Under the pieces are notes generated by a model. It was given only the letters and a program-made list of their open reading frames with translations, was not told the DNA's origin and did no database searches. Below, one piece after another: positions 29,392 to 40,093 of a stretch of 64,000 nt of DNA. The translations under genes and the position numbers were made by a program. Source of the DNA: an uncultured virus (IMG/VR IMGVR_UViG_3300042433_000193). Its lineage: Duplodnaviria > Heunggongvirae > Uroviricota > Caudoviricetes. Numbering within the stretch: the first letter of the stretch is position 1; the number at the start of each line of letters is the position of its first letter. The stretch is from the IMG/VR virus record IMGVR_UViG_3300042433_000193. One strand, written 5' to 3'.

Positions 29392-31266
29392 ATGAATACC
29401 CTAAAAGAAATTAAACGGGTTACTCCCGTAGCTATTAAAGATTCAGCAGAAGGAACTGATATTCCTTCTCAAGAAGAAATCTACACCCTGACTCAAAAAG
29501 CCACTTTTCGAGGTGATTTAAAGCCTTCTGGAAGTGGTGTACCAGTTAAAAATTCCGACCCTGATCCCACTCCCGTCCCAGTCTTTGATCCCAAAGCGAT
29601 TCAAGAGATTGTCAAAAACACCGTAGCAGAAACCGTAGCTTCGGTAAAGCAAGCGATGGAATTAGACAAACAATCTGCATTAGAGTCTCAAAAACAACAA
29701 TTTGAAACTACAAAAGCTACCCTAGAAGCTTCTCTCAATTCTGCCACGGAAGCTATCCAAAAATCTAATGAAAAAATTGCTCAACTAGAAACTAAAATCA
29801 CTGAGTCAGAAAAGGCGATTAATAATTTTGCTGACTTAGGAAAGCTTTACGGTAGCCAAACACCAGAAAAAATGCAGTTGCCTAACTTCAATAAAACCGT
29901 CGCTCATGATGCTGACAAAATTACAGGTGCGCTTGAAGAAACCTTTGATTTGATTGAAGACATTCAGAAACATTCTGGTGTAATCTATTCGGCTCCTGTA
30001 ATGGGCGGTAATCAGACAGTAAACCTGTACGATAAAGTACGATTGGATCGCCATGTTAAAAATAGCCGGCAACAGATTGTTGACTCTTTAGATGATTGGG
30101 GTCGCAAACAAGGCTGGTTCAGAGGGACTCGTTCGGCTCCTGTAATGGGCGGTCAAGTTTCAAAAAATGCCCCAACGACTGCGGCGGATTTGCCTCCATT
30201 TTTTCTCGACACTTTGTCAGCAATTCTCCGTACAACTCAAATCCCTGGGTATGCCTTTTGGCAGATTCCTAATTATACCTTAGACTTTACGGCTCGTAAT
30301 GGAACTGTCATCCGAATTCCTCGATTAAATTACTTAACAAGTTCCCCGTCGGTAAGCGATTATCAACTATCAGGAAAGGGTGAGTATGCTGATCTGACTT
30401 CTGAATCAGATAATAATAGTGCGTCTAGCGTATCGGCAGAAATCTTTGAATATGGGCGCGGTAAAGTAGGTGCTACTACTGCAATCCGACCTGTTTCTAT
30501 CCCAACTTTCACTGAATATTTTAGTGCGATGGGAATGATTGATTGGATGCAGAATACGCTGTATTACGACTATGCAAGTTTTGATAATACCATGATCAAA
30601 ACGATGCTTGATAGTACGTCACTGCATTTGTATAACAAAAAAGGCAGTCTTGTTACTTCTCCCACTGGACTATCGGCAACAGGAGATGATGGAACTTTTA
30701 CCAAAGGATTCTTGCGGCGATTATATCAATACGCCCACGATAACAAGTTCCAGATGTATCCCGACCAGACGTATTTGCTATTCTTAAATTCGACTCAAAT
30801 TCTGCAATTAAAAGAGAGTTATAATGACGATTGGCAAGCAAATACGACTCGCGATCTTGACGCTTTACTAAATATTCTCAATCCGTCTTATATTCCCCCT
30901 GGGGATACTGGAAGGGTTAGCTCGTATTTAGGGTTGGTAGAAAAATTCCATATTTTTGAAACTGGCAATAGTGTCGGTGTCGGAGCGGCTGGTCAACCCG
31001 GTGTTCAAAGTGAAACATTGGGCGGTTCTTTAGGTGCTAGAACTACCCGTACTGGTTATTTAATTGGAGCCGGTGCGTTAGGTGTTGGTGTAGGGATGCC
31101 GTTTCAAATCACTTTTGATAATGTCACTCAATTTGATCGTCGGATTCGCGCAACTTGGTTAGCGTGGCTCGGCTACAAAACTCTTGACGTTGATCCCGTA
31201 GGTACTGGGGAAGCCTCTCAGCAGTTACGAGTAGCTGAATTACGCACCCTAGATGTAGCGGTATAA
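29392..31266 (+). CDS. Major capsid protein with N-terminal coiled-coil scaffold region
   Basis: Long coiled-coil N-terminus, GTVIRIPRL, FDRRIRATWLAWLGY C-terminus; gene order. Confidence 0.7.
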   Translation: MNTLKEIKRVTPVAIKDSAEGTDIPSQEEIYTLTQKATFRGDLKPSGSGVPVKNSDPDPTPVPVFDPKAIQEIVKNTVAETVASVKQAMELDKQSALESQKQQFETTKATLEASLNSATEAIQKSNEKIAQLETKITESEKAINNFADLGKLYGSQTPEKMQLPNFNKTVAHDADKITGALEETFDLIEDIQKHSGVIYSAPVMGGNQTVNLYDKVRLDRHVKNSRQQIVDSLDDWGRKQGWFRGTRSAPVMGGQVSKNAPTTAADLPPFFLDTLSAILRTTQIPGYAFWQIPNYTLDFTARNGTVIRIPRLNYLTSSPSVSDYQLSGKGEYADLTSESDNNSASSVSAEIFEYGRGKVGATTAIRPVSIPTFTEYFSAMGMIDWMQNTLYYDYASFDNTMIKTMLDSTSLHLYNKKGSLVTSPTGLSATGDDGTFTKGFLRRLYQYAHDNKFQMYPDQTYLLFLNSTQILQLKESYNDDWQANTTRDLDALLNILNPSYIPPGDTGRVSSYLGLVEKFHIFETGNSVGVGAAGQPGVQSETLGGSLGARTTRTGYLIGAGALGVGVGMPFQITFDNVTQFDRRIRATWLAWLGYKTLDVDPVGTGEASQQLRVAELRTLDVAV

Positions 31267-31286
31267 ACTTTATCTTTCTAACAATT

Positions 31287-31511
31287 ATGGCAAGCAAAGA
31301 AACCCTCGAAGAAACTTTACCCACTGTGACAGGTGGAACTAAAAACCTTCCCCTGACAAATGGAACCAATGAAGTTACTTATAACAATCTGAAAGCGCTA
31401 GGTTATCCAGTCTGTAACCGGTGTAAAGGTCAACTCAGAACTGATCTCGATCATCGTCCATTTTGTCCAGTTAACGACACCAGTTGTCCTCTATTGAGCA
31501 AAATTTCCTAA
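31287..31511 (+). CDS. Small Cys-rich protein
   Basis: CNRC...CP....CP. Confidence 0.55.
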   Translation: MASKETLEETLPTVTGGTKNLPLTNGTNEVTYNNLKALGYPVCNRCKGQLRTDLDHRPFCPVNDTSCPLLSKIS

Positions 31512-32182
31512 TGATTTTTAGCATCGATGACCTCTCTATTTTCGCACCATCAGTATCTTTACCAGAAGATGCCGTCACTGGTGCGATTTACTTTGTTCAA
31601 TCAATCATTGAAGGCGATAGAGGAGCGGATCGACCCCTAGAGATTACCCGTCATCGGGAAAGACTAAGAGTTAATCTAAAATTCCAAAATTTTAGATTAA
31701 CTTATGTCAGTATAAATGCTCCACTTATCAGCAATCCTGCTCCGATAATTAAAGCTAGACTAGGCAATATTACCGATGGATTTAATCGGGCTATCGCTCC
31801 TGATAGTTGGCAAATTTTAGGTTCTAACGACTACATAATCGATATAGACGGGCAAATTCACTTATCTACAGCGATTGGTAGATCATGGGGGTATAGCGGC
31901 TATCACGGCTATAGTCGAGAGCCATATCCTGAGTTTTCCGAGGCTGATGTGGAGTATTCCAGTGGCATTGATTTCTTTCAAGATACCCGACAAACAAAAG
32001 AGATAAAAGCGGCTTTTGGTCGTGTTTTAGATTGGGTATGTAATACTGGTTCTTTTAAAGGTGTTTCGTCAGTTGAGTTACCTTTTGAAGAGGCAAAAAT
32101 CAATTATGGGACTGGTCAACTTGGTACAATTCCTGATGATTTGCTAATGATATTTAAAAAGTATCGCCCAATAAAATTATGA
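31511..32182 (+). CDS. Head-tail connector/adaptor protein (putative)
   Basis: Position after capsid; VEYSSG...IK.A and IPDDL..IFKKYR ending. Confidence 0.55.
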   Translation: MIFSIDDLSIFAPSVSLPEDAVTGAIYFVQSIIEGDRGADRPLEITRHRERLRVNLKFQNFRLTYVSINAPLISNPAPIIKARLGNITDGFNRAIAPDSWQILGSNDYIIDIDGQIHLSTAIGRSWGYSGYHGYSREPYPEFSEADVEYSSGIDFFQDTRQTKEIKAAFGRVLDWVCNTGSFKGVSSVELPFEEAKINYGTGQLGTIPDDLLMIFKKYRPIKL

Positions 32183-32589
32183 AAGCGATTTTTATCTGTC
32201 CACTTCCGCCGACTCTTAATGAACAAATAAGATACGCTCGTGCAAATAAATTTAAAAGCGCAACTACTAAAAAAGAATGGGACTTTGGTATACAAAAACT
32301 TATTATAGAACAAAAAATTCCATGTTTTCCTGACAAAGTATGGATGCTTTACGAATGGCGAATTAAAAACTTTGGGCGTGACCCTGATAATGTTTGTGGT
32401 AGCGCAAAATATGTTAATGACGCACTGAAAAAGACAGGAGTTATTGTCGACGATAATTTAAAATATATCTATGGATACGATTCAATATTCACAAAATGGA
32501 CGAAAGACGAATTAAAGTTAACAATTAGTGATAAACCAATTCTAAACAAAATTTTTATAGAGGATGATAATAGCAATGTCATATCTTAA
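32179..32589 (+). CDS. RusA-like Holliday junction resolvase
   Basis: PPTLNE, RDPDNV...KYVNDAL...GVIVDDN. Confidence 0.75.
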   Translation: MKAIFICPLPPTLNEQIRYARANKFKSATTKKEWDFGIQKLIIEQKIPCFPDKVWMLYEWRIKNFGRDPDNVCGSAKYVNDALKKTGVIVDDNLKYIYGYDSIFTKWTKDELKLTISDKPILNKIFIEDDNSNVIS

Positions 32590-32729
32590 ACTAGACCCGT
32601 CTATTGTCTGTGTTTTAATTGTTTTCGCCTGCTTGATTCATTCTTCCTTTACTCCTGAAACAATTGCTACGACAATGTTATCGTAGCAATTGTTTCAGGA
32701 TACCTCGGCTACTTAAAAGGTTCCGATGC

Positions 32730-33164
32730 TTAACTACCTTGATCAAATCTTGCATAAAGTTTAATTCTCCGTCCTAGTTTTGCGGCAATTCCTAGCTGTT
32801 GACCCGTCGGGGACTCAAACACATTTAACTGTCTGACAAGTCCGATTCTGCCATTAATTGTTACCTGTAATTCTCCTGTACTCATGATCGGGAATGGGTA
32901 ATCTTTAGGCTTTACCAATCTTCCCTCAAAATATTCACAATCGAGATAACTACCTTCTTGTACTTCTGCCACAGGCGGTTTTGACTGATGCAACCAACAA
33001 GCAATTACTACAGACTCTATAGAAGATGCTCGCATAACTGGATTACCAACGGCATCGGTAGTCATGGTAGAGCCTGTAGCCACAGAAAAGGATAGAGAAG
33101 CATTAGCCTTAATTGTGGGATTTTCTAGAAACTTTCCCGCAACTCCAATAGCACTGTCGAACAT
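32730..33164 (-). CDS. Hypothetical (possibly virion) protein
   Basis: ORF 32730-33233; probable start MFDSAIG at 33164. Confidence 0.55.
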   Translation of the reverse strand: MFDSAIGVAGKFLENPTIKANASLSFSVATGSTMTTDAVGNPVMRASSIESVVIACWLHQSKPPVAEVQEGSYLDCEYFEGRLVKPKDYPFPIMSTGELQVTINGRIGLVRQLNVFESPTGQQLGIAAKLGRRIKLYARFDQGS

Positions 33165-33267
33165 TTGTATTAATATAAATTTTTCTAATCTTAGTGTATC
33201 AAAATTATCTTGACAATTCAAGTAAGGAGCCATATAGTTTAATTATGGAAATTTCGGAAGCAAGTAC

Positions 33268-33471
33268 ATGAGTATCAAACAATTTCAAATAGAGTTTAGT
33301 GGGAAAAGCTCAGAACGTCTTGAAGAAATATCTCAGCAGTTGAATTTATCAGAGCCTGAAATTATTCGCAAAGGATTAAAGTTTATGGCTTTATACGCTA
33401 AATCTCAGGCAGAAAAAGATACTCGGTTAATACTCGAAAAAAATGGCGATCAAAAAGAGATAATCATCTAA
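33268..33471 (+). CDS. Ribbon-helix-helix (CopG-like) protein
   Basis: FQIEFS....ERLEEISQQLNLSEPEIIRKGL. Confidence 0.65.
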   Translation: MSIKQFQIEFSGKSSERLEEISQQLNLSEPEIIRKGLKFMALYAKSQAEKDTRLILEKNGDQKEIII

Positions 33472-33486
33472 AAGAGGTGTTATGGT

Positions 33487-33765
33487 ATGGATGCGAATCT
33501 AATAAAAAACCTTAAAAAAGACTTAATAGAATTAAGAAGTCAAATTTGGGATAAAATGTCGGATACTCAAAAAGAACAATATTATCAAGATGAAGCTAAC
33601 AATGCTATCAGCGTTGAAAACATTATTTCTTTTTTTAACAAACATTCTGATAGAATAAAAAAAGAAATTGATAATCCTAATTTTCAGAATTTATTTGACA
33701 GAAGATTAGAGATGAAAATCACTTGTTTTGACAATTTTTGGGAGGAATTAGACAATGGAAGATAA
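33487..33765 (+). CDS. Hypothetical protein
   Basis: 92-aa ORF. Confidence 0.55.
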   Translation: MDANLIKNLKKDLIELRSQIWDKMSDTQKEQYYQDEANNAISVENIISFFNKHSDRIKKEIDNPNFQNLFDRRLEMKITCFDNFWEELDNGR

Positions 33766-33958
33766 ATCACTAGAAGATTACATTTATGTTCCCATTGAAC
33801 CAGAAATGGTAAAAAGCTACTCAAACATCACGGAAAAGACTGGGAACCTTCTGACGAATTTAACAGCTTTTATTGTTGCTTAAAACAAGCATTGAAAGAC
33901 TTTGACAATAGATTTAGTCCTCAAAAAGAAGAGTCTGAATTTTAACTTAGGAGTAATC

Positions 33959-34162
33959 ATGCCTCAACCTATCGAACTTTCTTTAGAACAGCAGTTCAAT
34001 ATTCGTTCTTTTCAGATTCAGGTAGAAAAAATGAGTCAGGAGCAAGCGCAGGATTTCCTGATCAAGCTTTACGAACAAATGATGGTCAGAGAAAATATGT
34101 ACAAAGCTTTTCTTAAACATCAATGGGGATTAAGTGATAATCCGTGGCAAAAAACAAAGTAA
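33959..34162 (+). CDS. nblA: Phycobilisome degradation protein NblA
   Basis: MPQPIELSLEQQFNIRSFQIQVEKMSQEQAQDFLIKLYEQMMVRENMYKAFLKHQWGL; AGGAG RBS before ATG 33959. Confidence 0.95.
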   Translation: MPQPIELSLEQQFNIRSFQIQVEKMSQEQAQDFLIKLYEQMMVRENMYKAFLKHQWGLSDNPWQKTK

Positions 34163-34217
34163 TACTACAGTGCCAGTTATCAGTTATCAGATCAATATAC
34201 ACTAACCCAAAAAACCA

Positions 34218-34526
34218 ATGAGAACCATCTGGAAGTACCCTATAGATGCAACTCCTTGTTGCGAGATTGAAATGCCTTTAAACGCAGAGATATTATGCGT
34301 TCAGTTGCAGAATAATATTCCTACACTTTGGGCATTAGTAGAAACAGAAGAACCTAAGAGGATTTTTGATATTTTGACTTACTATACTGGTGACGATACT
34401 GATGACGCTTTGGTAGATAAAAAAGGACAATACATTGGAACTTATCAACTAGCTGGATTGGTACATCATGTATTTGTTAGACCTCATCCTGCATCTCCTC
34501 CGATGAACCTTTCGTACATTTGTTAA
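34218..34526 (+). CDS. Conserved phage hypothetical protein
   Basis: MRTIWKYP...EMP..AEILCVQ.Q...PTLWALV...YIGT.Q....V.HVF. Confidence 0.7.
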   Translation: MRTIWKYPIDATPCCEIEMPLNAEILCVQLQNNIPTLWALVETEEPKRIFDILTYYTGDDTDDALVDKKGQYIGTYQLAGLVHHVFVRPHPASPPMNLSYIC

Positions 34527-34863
34527 AGTTTCTGATCGCATCCCTAATATTTGCCCTTCGTAAAAAATTCTCAAATAAAGAAGGACTTATGGCTATTGCA
34601 GAAATTGACAAAAGAATATTGATTCTTTTTCAAAAAGTAAGAGAATTGCTTGCCAATGAAAAAGAATCAATCAAAAAAACATTAGCAGAAATAAAATCTC
34701 TTGAACAAAGTAGAGGTAAAATCAATTATGACTCTTGAAGAAATCAACGCAAAACTGGACTTGCTTCTAGAAGAAATAGAAAACTGGAAACCTAAATCTG
34801 ATTTATATCTTAAAGAAATAAAAGCCTGGAAGCAACCAAATCTTAAAGAAAAAGGAAAACCCA

Positions 34864-36408
34864 ATGTTTAATGCAATCTACAAGCCCAATCAGTTGATTT
34901 TAGGCAGTGGCTATATTGCTATCTGTACAGGATGGACTCCTGCTAAGTCAGTAGCCGCAAAACTCGATCCTTCCGATTATGCCGTAATTGGTAATCTTTA
35001 TAGCGCATCAAGGGGAATTAACTTTTTGGTTCGCAATTTGTTGGCTAATCCCCACGTTTGCGATCTTGTTGTAATGGATTCAACTCGTGAAGACAAAAAT
35101 TCTGGTAGTGTTCAATGCTTGAAAGATTTCTTTGAGAATGGAGTTTATAAAGGAAAAAATGATGTAGGGAAAGAGTGTTGGGTAATTGATTCTTTAGTGA
35201 AAGGATATATTGATATAGATATTCCTTTAGAAGTTTTAAATCAATTACGGTCTTCTGTTACTTTAAGAGATAATCTCACAACTTACGCAATTCTGATGTT
35301 GAGGCTATCAGTTTATGGTGCTAATAAACCGTGGGCAGAACCAATGGTTTTTCCCTACAACGAACCTACATCAGAAGTAAAACCCGGACCACGATATGGT
35401 CATCGGATTGAAGGTAAAACCATTGCTGAAACTTGGATAAAAATATTGCAAAGAATCAAAACTACTGGCACTATCAGGCCTACTGGCTATGACGGTAAAT
35501 GGCAAGAATTAATCGATTTAATGGCAATAGTTACCGACGAACCAGAAGACTTTTATTTTCCAGAACCTAATTACTTGCCTTTAGATAGAGAATATCTAAA
35601 GAACTATATCCCACAAATACTTGATGATGCCAATTATCGGGAAGGAGTTAAATATACCTACGGTCAAAGATTGCGATCTTGGTTTGGCCAGGATCAGATT
35701 AAAGCAGTTATCACAAAATTAATCAAAGAAATTGACTCTGCTAGTGCCGTTATGTCTTTGTGGGATAGCGGAAGTGGAAACTATCAAATACTTGCCGAAC
35801 ATGATAGTTGGCGTGGACACGATCATAATACAATCGCGCGAGGAGAAAGAAAAGGGGGTGACTCAGATCATAATCACGGCGGTTCACCTTGCCTTAATCA
35901 CATCTGGGTAAGAGTAGTAGATAATGAACTGTCTTTAACAGCTACCTTTAGAAGTAATGATATGTTTTCCGCTTGGCCGGCTAATGCAATGGGATTACGG
36001 GCTTTACAGCGTCATATCAGAGATGAAATTGCTAGTCAATCTGAGTACGATTTAACAATGGGTTCACTGATTACTATTAGTCAATCAGCCCATATTTACG
36101 ATGACTGTTGGGAGAATGTCGAACAGTTAATTAACAATCAATACCAATCAATTATTAGTCAAGAGTTTCGAGGCTACAATGACCCTGCTGGTAACTTCTT
36201 AGTAGAAACAGATGGCAATAATATCACAGTCAGTCAGCTAACCCCTAACGGTGAATTTGTGGAAAATTGGGAAGGTAAGAATCCTTTGAAGCTAATCCGT
36301 CAAATAATTGCCGATTGTCCCAGTATTCAACCTTTTCATATCGGCTACCTAGCTAGAGAAATCGAACGGGCATCTCAACTAAAAACAAATTACACTCAGG
36401 ATAAATAA
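34864..36408 (+). CDS. thyA: Thymidylate synthase, cyanobacterial multidomain type
   Basis: YTYGQRLR, SPCL catalytic Cys, FRSNDM...WPAN; N-terminal ICTGWT/GNLYS domain and C-terminal DPAGNF...H.GYLAREI domain. Confidence 0.85.
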   Translation: MFNAIYKPNQLILGSGYIAICTGWTPAKSVAAKLDPSDYAVIGNLYSASRGINFLVRNLLANPHVCDLVVMDSTREDKNSGSVQCLKDFFENGVYKGKNDVGKECWVIDSLVKGYIDIDIPLEVLNQLRSSVTLRDNLTTYAILMLRLSVYGANKPWAEPMVFPYNEPTSEVKPGPRYGHRIEGKTIAETWIKILQRIKTTGTIRPTGYDGKWQELIDLMAIVTDEPEDFYFPEPNYLPLDREYLKNYIPQILDDANYREGVKYTYGQRLRSWFGQDQIKAVITKLIKEIDSASAVMSLWDSGSGNYQILAEHDSWRGHDHNTIARGERKGGDSDHNHGGSPCLNHIWVRVVDNELSLTATFRSNDMFSAWPANAMGLRALQRHIRDEIASQSEYDLTMGSLITISQSAHIYDDCWENVEQLINNQYQSIISQEFRGYNDPAGNFLVETDGNNITVSQLTPNGEFVENWEGKNPLKLIRQIIADCPSIQPFHIGYLAREIERASQLKTNYTQDK

Positions 36409-36807
36409 ATGTCAATACAAATCATCCCAAAAGGACAATCCTTTCCCGACGGCACTTATCTGTATAAATGCCCTTGCTATGTTAATCCTTGCAACCTGTG
36501 TTTTAACGGCAATGAGACTGCTATAATTAACTCTTTAAAGACAGCAAAAGGACAACAATATTATGGCAACTTAAAAGCTTATTTGGCTATAAAAGGACAG
36601 ATCATTATATCTACTGCAAAGTCAATAAAAGAAAAAAATAACGGCAAATTTACAATGATTAATATTACAGAATTAGCTGATACTCTAGGGTTTCCTAGAA
36701 CACGAATTAAACCTTTAATAGAATATTTAGAAGAGTGTGGCTTTATAAAAGCTGGAACTTACGATAGACTGAGAATATCAATCAATTGGCAACCGACAAA
36801 GATGTAA
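36409..36807 (+). CDS. Hypothetical protein with C-terminal winged-HTH-like segment
   Basis: ITELADTLGF....IKPLIEYLEECGFI. Confidence 0.55.
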   Translation: MSIQIIPKGQSFPDGTYLYKCPCYVNPCNLCFNGNETAIINSLKTAKGQQYYGNLKAYLAIKGQIIISTAKSIKEKNNGKFTMINITELADTLGFPRTRIKPLIEYLEECGFIKAGTYDRLRISINWQPTKM

Positions 36808-36876
36808 TTACTTCAAATTAAATTACATGGTAAACGGGAAAGAACCGAATGGAAAGGAGTGTTTAATTAAAATAAA

Positions 36877-37119
36877 ATGGAAATAAAGGAATTAAAGGAA
36901 TTAAAGCAATTTTGCTGTGATAGGATTGCTAACGGACATAAAACTATCACTCTAGAAACAGAATCAACTCGATTGCTAGTAAGTCACGGTCCTATTGGAG
37001 AACTCCTGTGTATTAATAAACGAGGCAAGCACGTTGTTTTGTATGATGCTTTAAAAGTTTTACAGTTTCTAGATAAGCTTGAAAATCAAGAAATAAAATC
37101 AAAAATCAGGAGTAAATAA
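36877..37119 (+). CDS. Hypothetical protein
   Basis: 80-aa ORF. Confidence 0.55.
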   Translation: MEIKELKELKQFCCDRIANGHKTITLETESTRLLVSHGPIGELLCINKRGKHVVLYDALKVLQFLDKLENQEIKSKIRSK

Positions 37120-37482
37120 ATGACTAAAAAAGATTTCCCAACACTAGCGGTTCTAAGTATTACTAGCGGGCGATTACTAACACAACCAAAAGACGCAAGC
37201 GAAGGTAACGGCTTTGATCAGATATACGAAGTATTAGAATGGATGACTGACGATTTGTCAAATCGCACCAATTGGGACGATTTAGTAGAAGAGTGTAAGC
37301 AGTGGATTTATCAATGGCATCCTGAGATTATCGAGGCAGCCAGATGGATAGAAAACAAATTGACAGAAAAATGCGAAGTTGAGGACGTGAAAGATTGCCA
37401 AACCGCAATGCTTGCAAAGTTTGGTGAGACGATCACGTTACAGAAAATTCCACAAGGCTATCACAATTTTAAAAATCTGTAG
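37120..37482 (+). CDS. Hypothetical phage protein
   Basis: VLSITSGRLL...IYEVLEWMT motif; AGGAG RBS. Confidence 0.6.
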   Translation: MTKKDFPTLAVLSITSGRLLTQPKDASEGNGFDQIYEVLEWMTDDLSNRTNWDDLVEECKQWIYQWHPEIIEAARWIENKLTEKCEVEDVKDCQTAMLAKFGETITLQKIPQGYHNFKNL

Positions 37483-37492
37483 GAATAAATAA

Positions 37493-39745
37493 ATGATTAA
37501 CGTAATTCAAAGAAGTGGAGAAACTCGACCCTTAGACATCACTAAAATTCGACGAGTAGTTGAATGGGCGTGTGAAGGGTTAGAAGTAAATCCCCTCGCT
37601 TTAGAATCAGGATTAACTTCTCGATTACGAGATGGGATTACCACTAGAGAAATTCAAGAAAATTTAATCAATGTTGCCACACAATTGTTTTGTATAGAAG
37701 AAACCGATTGGAAGTATGTAGCTGGAAGACTTCACATCTGGGGATTATGGAAAGATACAAGGATTAAAAGAGAATTTGGCGGTTATTTATCTCGTACGGT
37801 TTTTAGAAGATTAGAAGGAACCGACTACGCTAAATATGTCCAGTGGCAAGTGGATAGGGGTGTTTATGATTCAAAAATTACTGAAATCTATGACGAAAAC
37901 GATTTAAAGATTGCGGGGGATTGGATATACCCAGAATACGATAAAGATTTTGACTACGCTGGTGCAATCATGCTGTCAGAAAGGTATTTGCTTGATTGTG
38001 AATTACCTCAAGAGGCTTTCCTGGCTTGCGCTTTATTGCTTGCGAGTGTAGAGGAAAACCCAGAGAATAGATTAAGAATTGCGTTTCAAATTTACTTAGC
38101 TATAGCTCAAAGAAAAATCTCTTTAGCTACTCCAATTTTAGGCAATCTAAGAACCCCTAATGGTTCTTTAAGTAGTTGCTTCATCGTAGCAATGGAAGAC
38201 AATCTAGAGAGTATTTTTAGCGAGATTACTAATACTGCTCGCATCTCTAAGAATGGTGGCGGTGTTGGGGTAAATGTAAGTAGAATCCGTGCCACTGGTA
38301 GCTCGGTTATGGGGAAAGCTAACGCTTCTGGTGGAATTATACCCTGGATTAAATTACTCAACGATACAGCTATTGCAGTCAATCAAGGGGGAAGACGCGC
38401 CGGGGCTGTCACTGTTGGGGTTGATATTTGGCATCTAGACGTGCCAGAATTTTTAGAAATGCAGACAGAAAACGGTGATCAAAGACGTAAGGCTTATGAT
38501 GTTTTCCCCCAATTAGTTATCCCCGATGAGTTTATGCGTCGGGTAGTAGATAAATCTGAGTGGACATTAGTTGATCCTTATGAGGTTCGGGCAAAACTAG
38601 GGATAGAATTAGCAGAATTATGGGGCGAAAAATTTGAAGATGCTTACAAATTAATTGAAGATAATCTAGGGACAGAAATTACTCTCTACAGAAAAGTTAA
38701 CGCTAGGGAGTTATTTAAAGATGTTATGCGCTCTCAAGTCGAGACAGGTATGCCCTATCTTGCCTTCAAAGATACCATTAATCGGGCTAATCCTAATAAA
38801 CACGACGGGTACATCCCTCAAGTTAATTTGTGCTGTGAGAGCTTCTCTAATGTCACACCGGGTAAAACAGCCCATTGCTGTAATTTAGTTAGTCTTAATT
38901 TAGCCAACATTGACACTCTTACTAATTTAGCGGAAATGTGTCATCTTGCTGTTAGAGTGCTTGACAATACAATCGACTTGACTTGTCCCCCGATTGGTGA
39001 AGCCAAAACACATAATGACCGTTATCGCACTATTGGAGTTGGGGTTATGGGATTAGCTGACTGGTTAGCTAAACAAAAATTATTTTATAAAGACTTTAAA
39101 TCTATCAATGATTTATTTGAAAGAATTAGCTATTATTGTACTCACGCTTCGATGAGATTGGCTAAAGAACGCGGTGCTTATCAAGCTTTTTCCAGCAGTG
39201 AATGGAGTCAGGGTAAATTACTAGGGGCTAAACCATTAGAATGGTTCAACGTAAATTCTGATAATACCTATAATTGGCATCAATTAGCCAAAAGTATTCA
39301 ACAATTTGGCATTAGAAATTCCCATATTACTGCTGTAGCTCCCAACACTACTTCTTCCTTAATTCAAGGTTGCACTGCCAGTGTTTTGCCCGTTTTTAAG
39401 CGGGTATTTACAGAAAAGAACTCAAAGGGTGCTATCCCTAATTGCCCTCCTTTTATTAAGGATTTCTTTTGGTATTACCAAGAGAATCAAAATCTTGATC
39501 AAAAGATTGTCGTTCAAGCGATTGCTGAAATGCAAAAATGGATTGATACAGGGATTTCTATGGAATTACTATTCAATCTTAATCAGGGTGTTTATTTTCC
39601 TGACGAACCTAACCGCGTATTAACAGTTAAAGAAATTTACGAAACTCTAGTTTTAGCGTGGGAATCAGAATGTAAAGCAGTCTATTATGTACGGACTGTT
39701 CAGAAGGATAACTTTAAAGATAGCTGTTCTAGTTGTGCTAATTAA
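37493..39745 (+). CDS. nrdA: Ribonucleotide reductase class I alpha subunit with ATP cone
   Basis: VIQRSG ATP cone, ATP..N, LSSCF, NLCCE, APNTTSS, KAVYY, C-terminal CSSC. Confidence 0.95.
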   Translation: MINVIQRSGETRPLDITKIRRVVEWACEGLEVNPLALESGLTSRLRDGITTREIQENLINVATQLFCIEETDWKYVAGRLHIWGLWKDTRIKREFGGYLSRTVFRRLEGTDYAKYVQWQVDRGVYDSKITEIYDENDLKIAGDWIYPEYDKDFDYAGAIMLSERYLLDCELPQEAFLACALLLASVEENPENRLRIAFQIYLAIAQRKISLATPILGNLRTPNGSLSSCFIVAMEDNLESIFSEITNTARISKNGGGVGVNVSRIRATGSSVMGKANASGGIIPWIKLLNDTAIAVNQGGRRAGAVTVGVDIWHLDVPEFLEMQTENGDQRRKAYDVFPQLVIPDEFMRRVVDKSEWTLVDPYEVRAKLGIELAELWGEKFEDAYKLIEDNLGTEITLYRKVNARELFKDVMRSQVETGMPYLAFKDTINRANPNKHDGYIPQVNLCCESFSNVTPGKTAHCCNLVSLNLANIDTLTNLAEMCHLAVRVLDNTIDLTCPPIGEAKTHNDRYRTIGVGVMGLADWLAKQKLFYKDFKSINDLFERISYYCTHASMRLAKERGAYQAFSSSEWSQGKLLGAKPLEWFNVNSDNTYNWHQLAKSIQQFGIRNSHITAVAPNTTSSLIQGCTASVLPVFKRVFTEKNSKGAIPNCPPFIKDFFWYYQENQNLDQKIVVQAIAEMQKWIDTGISMELLFNLNQGVYFPDEPNRVLTVKEIYETLVLAWESECKAVYYVRTVQKDNFKDSCSSCAN

Positions 39746-39802
39746 CCATGAATATCATTTTTTCTGTTATTTTATCAATACTCGAAAAAATAAATAATCA
39801 TT

Positions 39803-40084
39803 ATGACAATAATAATTATTGACTTTCTAGCAACTATTGTATTAAGTATATTTTTACTTTATACTGCTTTAATTTTTGCTGTTGTCTTGTGTAGAGTGTT
39901 TTTTAGATTTAAGACTAATTTAATCTACACAGTTAAACAATTCAAATACTATTTAACAGATGAATATAATCGGATTAGTTCTTGTAAATATTATAACCCT
40001 GAAACCCATAAAGACTTTAATCTAAAATGTAGCGTAAATCCTTCTATTTTTTGTGTACAATGTAAAGACTGGGAACCAAAGTAA
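39803..40084 (+). CDS. Membrane protein with Cys-rich C-terminus
   Basis: N-terminal TM segment; SCKYYN....LKCSVNP...C..C.DWE. Confidence 0.55.
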   Translation: MTIIIIDFLATIVLSIFLLYTALIFAVVLCRVFFRFKTNLIYTVKQFKYYLTDEYNRISSCKYYNPETHKDFNLKCSVNPSIFCVQCKDWEPK

Positions 40085-40093
40085 AGTAAAACT

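Noticed and set aside
29989..30153. 21-bp duplication tcggctcctgtaatgggcggt in the capsid gene
   Set aside because: In-frame SAPVMGG duplication; no evidence for more than a local coding repeat.
34864..36408. Hypermodified-base synthase (dCMP hydroxymethylase-like)
   Set aside because: Has the Asn (WPAN) expected for dUMP specificity and the ordinary cyanobacterial ThyA architecture.
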